Positions 11,954 through 24,682 of a DNA stretch of 56,590 nt are shown piece by piece (positions within the stretch are counted from its first letter, which is position 1; each line of letters opens with the position of its first letter). Made by a program: the position numbers and the translations under genes. The stretch is from the NCBI GenBank assembly GCA_003971905.1, contig RSEE01000119.1:124001-180590 (forward strand), written 5' to 3'. The notes beneath the pieces are model-generated. The model searched no databases. It saw only the letters and a program-made list of their open reading frames with translations, and had not been told where the DNA came from. Source of the stretch: Moniliella sp. 'wahieum' (taxonomy: Eukaryota).

Positions 11954-13176
11954 ATTGCGTTATACACGTTACTGTTAGTTCGACAGGCGGTCTACCTCTT
12001 GTTGTCCTTGCAAGCGTGCCATAGCAAGTTCCGCCTCAAGAAGTTCAAGACGGTAGCAATGTATCCTGGGACATATGCGACCACAAAGGGATCCCGCAGG
12101 GGGGTATAGCATTTGTGAAAGTTTTGGGCACGTATAGGCCATGCCCGTCTGGTTTATACATCAGAACTCTCAGTGTCAGTGTGGCACCCAAGCTTTTTTC
12201 GCACTATACTTAAAGCATGCCAGTGAGGCATGAGGTGCGAGGCCTGAGGGGCAGGAATGCCTCACACGCCTCACCGTGAGGGGTCACTGTGACCGATGGT
12301 GATGCATCATGCAGCATCATGAGTCCGGCGGTTTTGTCCCCCCCGCTCGGGCGTCACCAGCAGACACGATAGCGAGCAGGGCGCTGTGGAACGCGTGGCA
12401 ACGGACCGCCGCGTCTGCCACGTACTCTTCGGGTCGGAGGAGGAGCAACAGATGAGATGCCCGAGAGGGGAAATTGCACCATATGCGTGTGAGTAGCATG
12501 GGCATGGGCAGTTGCGCATCTCCGACCTCCGGCCGGGGGCTCCACACCGTCGAGCCCTAGTAGTTAGCTCATGGCCGCTGCTCCCGACATGTGTGCACGA
12601 CAGGTGAGGAGGCAAAATGTTGTGCAGAAGCCTGAGGTCTGGGAATGAGGCGCGCTCACGAGCGGGCGCCGTGCCCGGAGGAGCGCCCTGGGGAGCTTGG
12701 TGCGGAGGCCAGTGCCACGCCCAGCGGCTCGGCCCAGCAGCCCGCACACCCCGTCCGCACCCGGGCAGTGTCGAGTGCGTCGTGCCATTGTAGCGCTCTG
12801 TATTGGCCTATATTTGTTTCACACACGCACCCCACCGGCACCTGCCCGCACATCCCACGCCAGCGACGGCATTCGACGGTCGGGCGCTCTGGCCTGAGCC
12901 TCAGGACTCGTCAAGGTAGCGTGAATGGGCCCTGTCACATGCATGCATGTCATCGATCATCGATGGCCCGCCGCCGGCATTGGAGCACACTTCTTGCCGC
13001 CTCCTCCTTTCCCCCATGGGCCTCCCGTTCGCGTCGGCTTATACTCAAATCCAGTGCCTCATACCATATGTCTCCCGCCTTCCACTCTCCTTCGCTCTAC
13101 CACCACCTCTCTCCTCCCCCGACCTGGCGACGCGCCCCGCCCATGAATCCCGGCTCGCCTAGAACACCCCTACATC

Positions 13177-15666
13177 ATGGCTCCCGCCAGCGCTCCACAG
13201 GCGACTGGTCTCGTTATCCCGCCGGATTCACCAAGCCGTCACGAGAGCGGTGGTGTCGGCGTCGGCCTGTGGCGATCCTTGCTTCACGACCTTCCTCTGC
13301 GCTCTTCTCATGGTTCCTCCGCCAGCGCTACAGCTCCGACGACAGCTTTGGCGGCACCAGCGTCGCGACGACATGTGGGATAAGGTGCGTTCCTTGCCGC
13401 CGCTGCCGCCGTCCTACGTTGCATGGGATCGAGAATTCCGTCCAAGAGTGCTGACTTGTTTTTTCTTCCCTGTAGAACGATAATAAGTTCTTGAGCGATT
13501 TGAGTGCAGAATCAGCTGTTACTTGAGGGCAGCCCGTGGAGCAGTGTAAGCCGGCATCCATGTTAGATGTTCCGTTTACTGTACCTGTTGCAACCAGCAC
13601 AGCATCGTCGCCCACCGCTCCTACTCCGCTTTACCTCCTGCCTCTGTCAACGCCGCCGACACATCCCTTACCAGCCTTGAGAATCGACCCTCCTCAACCG
13701 AGGAGCTCGGGTTGCAGACGGCGTCTTTTTCTACCCCCACAGGCGCTCTGACCATGGACGACATGTCATTCCTGCCTTCCAGCCGGAGAGCCCTCCGCGT
13801 CGTCCCCCCACCCATCCATTGGGGGGTAGAGGGCTCCTTAAAGCAGTTTCACTCGGCAATCTTCACGGGTTGCACGAACATCATGCGAGGAAAGCTGTCT
13901 CCCCACGGAGCGGGCACACAGCGAAGTTGCCCGAATTTGGTTCACCCTCGTCCCTCTCGGGAAAATTCGCCAGGTCGGAATGTTCCCTCTCTCCAACGCC
14001 ATATAAACGACAGGGTGGATTAAGCCCGATCCTCCTCCTCTGCCGTCCCTTGATACCCTCAATTTGCATCGTAACTCCTCGGACACCCGAGTTGTCTCCC
14101 CAACATCTCCGTTGCCTGTGCAGGCAACGGCGCATGGCGCTTTCTCTATTACCCAAAGCTACTTCTCGCCAGCAACCCCCATCCAACCCGCGTCCACCAT
14201 GGCACCATCATCATTAACCACTGTCCCTCCAATAGAGATGATGTCCGACTCTCCTTTTCTGGCCGCGACGCCAAAGAATACAATCCCATTTCGGGCTCAT
14301 TCCCTCGGCCCGATTCCATCCAATGGGGATGGCACCATTTCGAATGATTTGGAGCCCAGCGTCTTTTTGTCCAGCAGACCCTATACGACTCCCAATTCGG
14401 TCGAGATGGGACGCCAGAAAAAGGGCAAAATTTCTCCCCCAGTTTTGTCGTCGAAAGAAAGCGGCCAATTGTGGGGCTTCCACCATCGTTCTAGCTGGCG
14501 CAAGGAACGGTCTGTTTCCACGCCCGACTCGCCCAAGCCTTCAAAAGGATTTCGCAAACCACTTTCCCTCGCGGCGTTGCGGCACGTTGTGCCACCTCAG
14601 CACCTTCATCTCAATCGATCCCCGGCCTCATTTTCTCCACCCTCCCATCACAACACGAAACACTTCTTGGCCAAGGAACCCTCTAGCCCTGGCGTGTCGA
14701 CCATTGGCGAAATCTCAGCTCCCATGCCAATTCCTACACCGACGGCGTTGCCATCGCCTCTGATCGTTCCGCTGACGTTGCGAGAACGTCGCGCCACCTC
14801 AGAGTCGTCCTCGCGATTTCCTCGCCGTGGGAAAGCATGTGCAGCGGGGGAACCAGGGTCCTCTCCCTCTCCGCATCCACCTCGATTCCAGGTGGGCTCA
14901 GCACCGCAGGGTTCACTCATGCCCGCACCTTACATCCCAACTGACTTGCCCTCGACACACGATCACTCTGCTCCCGCGCCCGAGGCCGAAGCTTTTTCCC
15001 AAGACGCACGTATCGCAGAGGTATTGGACAAGCTTGGTCTCAACCCGCCTCCCCCCCGAACACGCACCCCTATTTCGTATGTCAGGTCGGAACGGGGAAT
15101 CCCGGTGCCGCAACGGCCTGGATCGGAATCCAGGCATGCGGGCCAACAAGCGGCTCATGGTAGTTCGACGGACACCAATGCCTTGGAGGCGCTCTTATCT
15201 CCCCCGAGAGAATCTTCGCCCTGCTTGAGTTCGCCTAAACAGGGCAGCCCAAAGCCCCCCAATACGAAACGGTATGCGCTCCTGCCCGATCTGTATGGAC
15301 CGCAAGCCAGGGACCTCAAGCCGCTCCCCCGTCCCCCGGACGAAGAAGAGAAACCCGGAGGAGAAGAAGAACCACTGGGCCAGACGCATCTTGTCGCACC
15401 TGGCCAGCAGGACCCGGCCTCCGGCCTGCCACGCCCCTCTCTTACTTCTGATTCGCACCCACCAACGCCTGTTGCACCGTCGCGTTTGCCGTCCAGCGCA
15501 TGTCCAGCCTGACTCGGGCCGGAACCGGGTCGCGATTGGTACGGCGCCTGTGATGATGTACCATCGTCCTCGCCCTACCCCTATTTACCCTCGCTCGTAC
15601 CGCCCTGACCTCCTGTTTTGCCGTCCCAGACGCCGGCACCCACGGCTCCCTAACCCACCCGTTTGA
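13177..15666 (+). CDS. Hypothetical Pro/Ser-rich protein, possibly with an N-terminal membrane anchor (frameshifted)
   Basis: ATG at 13177, hydrophobic segment near 13250-13320, canonical intron 13385..13475 (GTGCGT/CTGAC/TAG), then a long low-complexity ORF 14064..15512. No family recognised; both ends uncertain. Confidence 0.45.
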
Positions 15667-16140
15667 CCCAATGTTTGTTGGTCTTATGGGGGTCACGGTA
15701 CGGCCCTGATTTTTGTCACGATGTTGTCTCTCATATCCGTTCTTTCGAATGCCATCATACTCGTGCCGCTCAGCCTGTATTGCCTCCTCCTGTTTGTTCG
15801 GTATAGGGGTGGTGCGGAGGCGAGCGCAACAGGAGTACTAGGATGTCTGCGTAATACTGTGAGCGTTGTTTGGAAGAGGCGAGAGGGAGACTGTGAGCGA
15901 GCCGCGAGAAAGCGCCGTGCTGGGGGGGGGGTTGCTGCCATCAGACGGACGCCCCAGAAGGGCTGGGCTGGTCTCTCTAGCTGGTGGGATGGCAGTGGCT
16001 GTGCAGGCCGTGTACGAGTCCCGATGGTTGCTCGTTGCGCCGCCACTGGCCATCCGAGTTGGGTTGCCCCCCGCCTGAGCATTGGAATTTTGACGCGTTA
16101 TAAGCGCTTCGCTTGTGGAGCGCCTGAGCTAGAAGCGAGC

Positions 16141-16160
16141 GCCTTAGGCCTTAGGCCTTA
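16141..16160. promoter_or_regulatory. Candidate promoter element, (CCTTAGG) tandem heptad
   Basis: GCCTTAGGCCTTAGGCCTTA about 330 bp upstream of the SSH4 ATG; the same motif family recurs upstream of several other genes. Function is inferred from position only. Confidence 0.45.
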
Positions 16161-16483
16161 TGGCCGGCAACCTCCGGCGTGCAGCCCGCTGCAAGGCACA
16201 CCTTACGTCATATGTACCACGAGCCGCCAGCCCGCTCCCAGACGCCGTGGGGGCAGTGTCAGCATGTCAGCGCTGAGGGCGTGTTGGTTCAGCGCACACT
16301 CAGCACTCAGCGCACTCAACTCAGCACTCGGTGTCCTGTGTGGATACGCAGAACCAACTGCCAGACGATCGAGTACCAGCAAGCCATCTCCCTTGCACAA
16401 CCAGCAAGAAGCCCTGCTGTGTTTGCTCCGCAGCACTCACCCCGAAGGAAATCATTCTTGGCTCCACCACCTTCCTTGCCACC

Positions 16484-18267
16484 ATGCCTCCACGTCGCGG
16501 CGCTGCATCGCTGCTCCCCCCTCTGGGCGCCCGTGCTGGGGTCGCCGTTCTAGCCTGGGGCATGGCCTTGCCTCCCTTCTTGCCACCTGGTGTGCGCGCC
16601 GCGCCGGCGCCTCCCTTCAGCTTGGACCGATCGTCACAACTGGAGGGGCCTCCTGTCCAACTCCGCGCAAGCGATGGCATCTCCCCCTTCTGGTTGGCCC
16701 TCATCATTGTCTTGTCCGCCATGGCCGGCGTCATGTTCTTGGTCCTGCTGATTGTGTTGCTGGTACGGCGGAGCGCGGGGATCGCGCTGCGTGAGGACCG
16801 GCTTCCGACCAACATTATGCGGAGGAGACGGACGCCGCGGCGCGCCGGGCCGATGCGGAGCGAGAACGAGCGTACCTTGCCAGTTTGGGCCCCGGCGAGC
16901 GCACCGGATACGGACGCGCCCAAGCGTGGGCGCGCACCCACCCGCTAGGCAGTGTGCCGACTGAGTTGACGCCGCCTCAGATGGTGACCATCCAGGAAAA
17001 GGGCGTGCAAGCGTGGTCCTTTGAACCGGACTACGAAGCCAACCCGCCTGTTTACGTCCAGGGCCGGACCGAAATTACGTTTCTCGACGATGGCCATGGC
17101 TTAGCCCCCGAAGAAGGTGGGGCTGTGAGCGTGCAATCCAACTTGCCCCTTCCGAAAACGAATGAGGTGTATTATCTCGAGGTCAAGATGTTCCGCAAGC
17201 CCGAAACGACCAATGTTGCGATCGGCTTGGCAACCAAACCCTACCCCGCCTTTCGCTTTCCAGGTACGTTTTTCTTGGGTCGATGGGACGAGAGGGCATG
17301 GCTAGCTAACGCGGGCTGAGTAGGTCTGCTCAAGTATTCGATTGGGTACTTTAGCCTGGATGGTACGCGGTGTCACAATGCTCCCTGGAACGAAATGCCC
17401 TACAGCGTGCCGTACCGACAAGGCGATGTGTGGTATGGGCTACCGTCCGCGGTTGGGTCGGGTGTTCTTTACGCGTAATGGCAAGCGCTTCCATGAAGCT
17501 TTTGTCGGCTTGACCAACCACGACTTTTTCCCACCTTGGCGGCCGATGGGCCGGCCGAGGTGCATGTCAACCTAGGTCAGGCTGGCTTTGTCTTCATCGA
17601 AGCCAACGTCAAAAAGTGGGGGTTGGCGCCGATGGTCGGCAACTTGCCCCCTCCCCCAGCCTATGGGGCCGAGGGCGGAAGCGTGTTGATCCAATCTTCC
17701 GATGCGGCTCAGGGCACCTCGGCCTCGCTCCTTCCCACTGCCGGACCTGGACACCCATTGCTCCCCCCACCACCCATCTCGCCGTTGCTCGGTGCTGCGG
17801 ATGCAGTCCGAGCCCCGCTACAGCGCAGCATTTCCCCTCATCTGCTGCCCCCCCAAGGGGGTGACCTTTCCATTTCCGACCTCAGCGAAGGGGAGGAGGA
17901 GGACCGCGTATCGCTTGCCCCTTCAAGCCCTATGCTGTCCCCCCGCTCGAGCGGGGTGGATATCTCCTTGCACTCGCTGGTTCCCCCGCGCAGCGGACAC
18001 GGCATGACCAGCCACACCACTACCCGCGCCGCGCCCCGGCGAGCTTCTCCCCCACCCTACTCGGCTTTTGGGGAAGAGCAAGACGGCGGAATGTGGACCA
18101 CACTGCGCCGCTGGATTCGCCCCGGAAACAGGAGGGGCGTGCAATTGCCCCTCTCCTCCTCCACCCCGCCCCCGCCGCCGCCCGCTGCACCCGCCGCCGC
18201 ACCCACCGCACCCACCGCACCAACTATCCTGGTGCATGCGCCTGCACCTGGGGAGCCCCGAGGGTAA
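16484..18267 (+). CDS. SSH4: SPRY-domain membrane protein, Ssh4/Ear1-like Rsp5 adaptor
   Basis: TM helix FWLALIIVLSAMAGVMFLVLLIVLLV; SPRY motifs VQSNLPLPKTNEVYYLEVKM, AIGLATKPYPAFRFPG, GYRPRLGRVFFTRNGK and VHVNLGQAGFVFIEANVKKWGLAP; PY motifs PPPAY and PPPY. Intron 17264..17323. Confidence 0.9.
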
Positions 18268-19277
18268 ACGGGGGAAAATGATGTGGGGACGATGTGGGCC
18301 GCGGGGACGTAGGCGGCAGAGTGATTGTGTACCGAGTGTATACCCTTGGCTGTAGTACGTGTGAATCGGACGCTTGTGTGTGCAGGAATCATCGGCTTGT
18401 CGGGGGCGCTGTCCAGCAGAGTGCTGTGGTCGGGCTAGGCGACGAAGGCGTCGAGGAGGGGTTAGCAGCTGGATGAGCGACAGTCTTATCTACCTGTGAG
18501 ATGGGGGGTCAGGTAGTGTTGTTGCACATGGCATACCAGACATAGGTAGAGAGGCACTAGTGCGGCAGACCATATCCTGAGGTTGAATTCCACTTGTTGA
18601 TCTATAAGCAGGTCTCAATCTTAGTACGATGGCCACAGGCGCAGCTCGCACCGGTCCCGGGCGAAGCCATTTCTCTGCAATGCATCATCTTTTCTCCCTT
18701 GGGAACGCCATCGCGCCACTCACCATCGATAGTCCATGCAGCACGAGTATACTTGTGCCACCGTCCACAAGTGGAAGGGCATCACCCTCTCTCCCTCCCT
18801 ATACCCACTTGAAGCGAAAACCCATAGCAGCTCCAACCTGCGGCGCTGAATTCGACGTAGTCGGTGCTAGTCACTAGTCACTTGACTTCACACGAGGTGG
18901 CAGGTGGCCCCAGGCACGGGTCTGCGTCGGCTAGGGTTGCCCCAGCTGGCCCTGGCGCATTGGATGCGGGCGCAGGGGGGCAGTGTGCGGCGCGGCAAGC
19001 GCGCTGGGACGTATTCGTTTGGATGCCGCCTGCAATCGGGCGTGTGCGGTGAGAGGGCGCATGAGCGGTGATTCAGATTGCTCGATTTCGATTACGATGG
19101 GCGTTGCCTGCCGCTGCGCTGCCCCGGCGCCCCCTGCATCGTCCAGCCGCCGCCCGCATCCGACTTGGGCAGCCCGCCCGCGGCAAATTTTCTCGAGCCC
19201 CCACCTCCACCTCTGCTTCTCCTCGCCCCGCTCGTGCGCCTGCCAAGCATCGCCCCAGGGAGGACCTCCCCACCACC

Positions 19278-22200
19278 ATGCCCGGCCCCGCCCAGCACAT
19301 CGTGGCCGACGCCGAGTACCAGGCCCCCTTTGGCCCGGCCCAGTCCGTGCCCGCTCCCGATGCCGCCCCCAAGGAGCAACCCCCCATCCAGCTCGCTGCC
19401 TCCCCGTTCTTCACCGATAAGGAAACCGCCGAGGCCGCTGCATGGATCCATGACGGCGAGCCCGGTGCTGCTCCTCAAGGCGACGAGGCCACCTACTCTG
19501 CGCCCGTCGCTGTCGGCGGCTCTCGTGCTCGCCGCGACAGCCAGATTGGCCACTACAACGACCAGGGCTCCATCTTCGATGGCCCTTCGGCTGGAGCTGT
19601 GCCCAGCAGCTACACCTCGTATGTATTCCGTCTCCCCCCCCCCCCCCATCTCATGCGCTTTGGTCTTCTGCAGAGCCTGGTGGAGGCATGGATGGCTGAC
19701 CTTTCGTCCTCCGACCCAGGATGCATCACCAGCCTCCACACCCTGGTTTGACGAGCCGTCGCTCCTCGTCGGTCACACGCTTTTCCCATTCACCTGTGCT
19801 GCGGCGCACGCGCCGGACCAGCATGGCGTCGGCTGGAAGCGCCGCAGGTCCCAGTGTCATTTCCCTTGGTCCGGCCGAGGAGGGCGTATCGGGTGCCCTG
19901 CCCACGCATCGTCAGTCGAGCCAGTTTAGCCGTGCTGGTAGGGCGCGTCACTCCCGCGATGGTCATGACGACATGGTGGTGGGTTCGCGCCGGTCCAACC
20001 AGGGTTTCCTGTCTTCCATTATGAACTCTCTTCGTGGAGACGAGTCACGGCGGGACGAAGAAAATGCACCGGTTCGGCGTGACTCAAACGAGTCACTCGG
20101 TCTGTCCGAGGATGGGTACGGCCCTTACATGAACTCGGATGACGCTCTGTCCAGTGGTGGCGACTCTTCCCCCTCGGGCATTCACGACGACCAGTCCAGC
20201 TCTGACGAGGACCGGGGGGTTGATGCCTTCGGCCTTTGGCACCCTGGGTGGACGAGGCGATCCTGTCTTTGGCGACCACGATGCTGGCGCCCCGGAGGAT
20301 GAATTGGACCTCGACCTTGCCGACCTGGAGCGGGAACATCATTACCTTCACCAACACCCCGAGGTCAGCAGCATGCCTTTCTGGGGGTGACAATGAGCCC
20401 CTCCTGGCTGGGAGTGCGCTGGATGACGGCCCCCCCACCGCCGAGTCGTTGCAGCGGGAACAAGAGGGCAAGACGTTCCTCGACAAGTCTTCTCAATCCC
20501 GGCAACAAATTTACCTTGTGGAGGAGGACTCGCTCATCCGCCTGACAGGATATCAGATCGTGCGTTTCCACCACTTGCTCTTTATGATCGCTTCGGTCTG
20601 CACGTTTGGGATTGTTTACCTGCTGGCACGTTGGCTGCCACGCCTTCGGCTCAAGTGGGTTTGCCGCGAATGCGACTTTGTCGATGCCGAGTTCGTGATG
20701 GTCACAACCGAATGGGGAGACCTCTTTGAAGCGAAGATGAACACCATTCCTTTTGCTCGCCCCCTTGCTACCGTATTCCCCCCCGACTTCTCATTTGATC
20801 CTCCCTCAACAGCGTCCGATTATCAGGCGGCGTTGAACCAGCGCACCAAACTGTTCCAAGCTGCCACTGCCAACGGAAACGGCAAGCAGGCTGCGAATGG
20901 TACCCAGGCCTCCTGGTCGACCAATCCCTATGCAGGCACAGATACTGAACAACTGATGGAGCTCAAGTTTCTGGACTACCGCTACACCCGTTTTATTCTC
21001 CATCCGCCTTCAGGGCGCCTTCGTATGGCGAAGGACTGGCGTGATGGCGGTTGGACCTCAGTTAAAGCTGTGGCGCAAGGCGTGAGCGACGACCAGCTGG
21101 AAGACCGTCACATTGTGTTTGGGCCGAACGCGATCGACATTGAGGCCAAGTCGGTATGGGCGTTGTTGGTAGACGAGGTGCTGCATCCGTTCTACATGTT
21201 CCAAATCGTTTCAATTGTGCTCTGGAGTGTGGATGACTACTACTACTACGCATTCTGCATTGCCGTCATTTCTCTCGCTTCGATTACAACGACTCTGATC
21301 GAGACCAAGTCAACGGTGGAGCGGATGCGGGAGATGTCCCGCTTCTCCTGCCCCGTCAAAGTTCTTCGGGATGGCGAATGGCTCACTCTCGACAGCTCCG
21401 CCTTGGTTCCCGGGGATGTGTACGACGTGGCTGAGCCTGGCTTGCTTCTGTTCCCTGCCGACTCGGTGCTCTTGTCGGGCGATGCGATTGTGAATGAGTC
21501 AATGCTGACAGGGGAGAGTGTTCCGGTCTCCAAGGTACCAGTGACGGATGCTGAGATGAAGTTGCTCTTGACTCCTGGCAGTGAAATTTCGCCCGAGCTC
21601 GCAAGACACTTCCTCTTTGGAGGCACACGTATTGTGCGCATCCGCCCCAATGGGGGGGGATTGGCTGTGCCTTCGTCGGACAATGAGGACCAAGCGAATG
21701 CACTGGCCATGGTCGCCCGTACTGGGTTCAACACCACCAAGGGAGCCTTGGTGCGCTCCATGCTTTTCCCCAAGCCTATGGGGTTCAAATTCTACCGTGA
21801 CTCGTTCCGCTTTATTGGTTTCTTGGCCGGCATCGCCTGCGTCGGCTTTACCATCTCGGGCGTGGGCTTTGTGCGTATGGGAATTGCTTGGCACCTGATC
21901 GTTGTCCGTGCGCTGGACTTGATCACCGTGGTGGTTCCCCCCGCCTTGCCGGCCACGATGAGCGTGGGGACAGCATTTGCCATCTCACGTTTGCGCTCCA
22001 AGGACATCTTTTGCATCTCCCCCAACCGGGTTAACATGGCGGGCAAGATTAATGTGTTTTGCTTTGACAAGACAGGAACGTTAACGGAAGATGGGCTGGA
22101 CGTGCTTGGTACCCGCACCATCTCGGCACGTGAGAACCGGTTTTCCGAGTTGCACGAGTCAGCGGACGAAATGCCAACGGCGGACAATGCGCCCAAGGAG

Positions 22201-24267
22201 GACCGGGAGGCGCGCAAGCTGCCTCTGCTTCACGCTTTGGCCACCTGCCATTCGCTCAAAGTTGTGGATGGAGAGGTGATTGGGGACCCATTGGATGTCA
22301 AGATGTTTGAGTACACGGGATGGACGTTGGATGAGGGGCGAGAACGCTCAGCGCGGGCGGCAACAGGCACCGGATCGACGGCCAAGGAAGGGAAGGCGCG
22401 CTTGACCGACCGCCCTCCTGCCCTAGTCCAAACGGTTGTCCGTCCGCCTGGCAGCGGTGAGTTTGATGTGGCCGACGCTTTGCGCCCGGGCAAGCGCGCC
22501 CATTTCCTCGAGTTGGGGGTGCTGCGGACGTTTGAGTTTGTGAGCCAGTTGCGACGGATGGTGTGGTGGTGAAGCGGATGCGATCCGACTCGATGGAGGT
22601 GTTTGTCAAGGGCGCGCCCGAGGTGATGGCCGACATTTGCCTCCCCGAGTCGTTCCCGGCCGATTACGAGGACCTGTTGGCGTACTACACCAAGCACGGG
22701 TACCGTGTTATTGCGTGTGCAGGCAAGTCGCTTCCCGGTCTGAGCTGGGTCAAGGCCCAGCGCATGACCCGTGCCCAGGCCGAGTCGCAGTTACGTTTCC
22801 TTGGCTTGATCATCTTTGAGAACAAGATCAAGCCGGGCACCCCTTCCGCCATTGCCGCCCTGCGGAACGCCCACATTGGCACCAAGATGGTCACGGGCGA
22901 CAACCCTCGTACGGCAGTGAGTGTTGCGCGCGAGTGTGGCATGCTGGGCCGTCGACGGCGGTGTATATGCCGGTCTGGACGGGGGCGGAAGGTGGCCCGT
23001 TGGAAGGCAAATCGATCGAGTGGCAGAACGTGGACGATGAACAGCTGAAGCTGGACCCGTGGGCGCTGAAGCCGTCGGACGTTGACTTGCACGTTCTCCC
23101 GCTCGACGAGAGTGGCGGACACGACTATCAGCTTGCGCTGAGCGGGATGTGTTTCGTTGGATGGTGGACTGTGCGCCGGTGGAGACGGTTCGGAGAATGT
23201 TGCTCAAGGGGGCGGTGTTTGCTCGCATGTCTCCGGACGAGAAACACGAGCTGGTAGAGCGGTTGCAAGCCCTTGGTTACACGGTGGGCATGTGTGGTGG
23301 AGCGAACGATTGTGGTGCGCTCAAGGCGGCTGACGTGGGCATCTCTCTCTCGGAGGCCGAGGCGTCAGTTGCTGCGCCTTTCACGTCCCGCCAGCCGGAC
23401 ATTGGATGTGTTCTGTCGACGATCCGAGAAGGACGGGCGGCGCTGGTGACGAGCTTTGGCTGCTTCAAGTACATGGCGCTCTACTCGTTGATCCAGTTCA
23501 CGTCCATCACCATTCTCTACTCGTTGGCTGCCTCGTTGGGCGACTTTCAGTTCCTTTACATTGACCTCTTTATCATTATTCCCGTGGCTGTGGCCATGGC
23601 GCGAACCGAGCCATTTGAGCACTTGTCGACCAAGCGGCCGACGGCCAACCTGATGAGCAAAAAGGTCCTCACCTCCATGCTGGGCCAAGTGATCATCTGT
23701 GCTGTAACGCAGTTTGTTGCCTTTTTCTACATCACGGCGCAGCCGTGGTACGACCCGCCGGCGTTTGACCCAGACAGCATGAACGTGGTCAACCCGCCCA
23801 ACTCGGCGCTGTTCCTCGTCTCCTCCTTCCAGTACATTCTCGTCGCCGCCGTGTTTAGCGTCGGTCCGCCGTACCGCAAGCCCATGTACACCAACCCCAT
23901 GTTGCTCGCCTCGTTGTGCCTCTTGACGTGCTTCTCGCTCTACGCGCTCTTTGTCCGCCACGGCTGGGTGTTTGACATTCTGGGCCTGATCGATTTGCCC
24001 GCCTACGTGCACACGAGCTTGTTTGTCCTCGTGCTCATCAACACACTGCTCTCCTTTACGTTTGAGGCGTACCTCGTCGCGCCCGTCGCGCGCGCCGTCA
24101 AGGCCCTCTCCCCCGCCTCCACCCGCGCCACACCCTCGGTCGCTCCTTGGCCGCCGTGGGTGATCCACTACCACCCTTCCCGCACCTCCCTCAGCCCCCC
24201 ACCTACCTCGTCCAAACTGTACAAGGCCGTGGCCCAGGGCATGGCCAACGAGAGCACACCCGCTTAA
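19278..24267 (+). CDS. YPK9: P5B-type P-type ATPase (Ypk9/ATP13A2 family)
   Basis: NESMLTGES, PPALP (P5B signature), DKTGTLT phosphorylation site, KGAPE, MVTGDN, FARMSPDEK, ANDCGALKAADVGISLS and C-terminal TM helices. Intron 19619..19719. Several frameshifts. Confidence 0.95.
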
Positions 24268-24682
24268 AGCCCAACGCCTAAAGCCTAAAGCCGAAGCCTT
24301 CGTTGAACCTGCATTTCCAAGGTGAACTTGGTTGTGCTTCTTGTCGATCCTCTCTCGTATCTCGTATTTCGTACCTCTTCTCCCCCCCTCCCTTACCCTT
24401 CAAACTTCCAATCTACTACTGTTGCCTCGCGCCTGTCCCAGCACAGCGTACCCTCCCGCTTGCTAATCAAGCTTGTTTAGCTCGTTTTGCCAGATAACAG
24501 GGACGTGCATCCTATAATACAACTAAGCTCCCCGCCGACCCGGCGCCCAGACAAAATCAGTGGCGAGAGCAAAAGGGGACCCAAAAAAAAAAAACCGGAC
24601 CCAGACACGGCATGCGGGACGGGAGGGACAGGGTACCGCGGGTAGCGGTTACCGGGTAGCGGGTTACCAAACCGGATCGTAG

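Noticed and set aside
12307..12600. Possible small - strand exon after a GCTAAC...TAG acceptor
   Set aside because: No matching donor or upstream exon found and the translation is unrecognisable.
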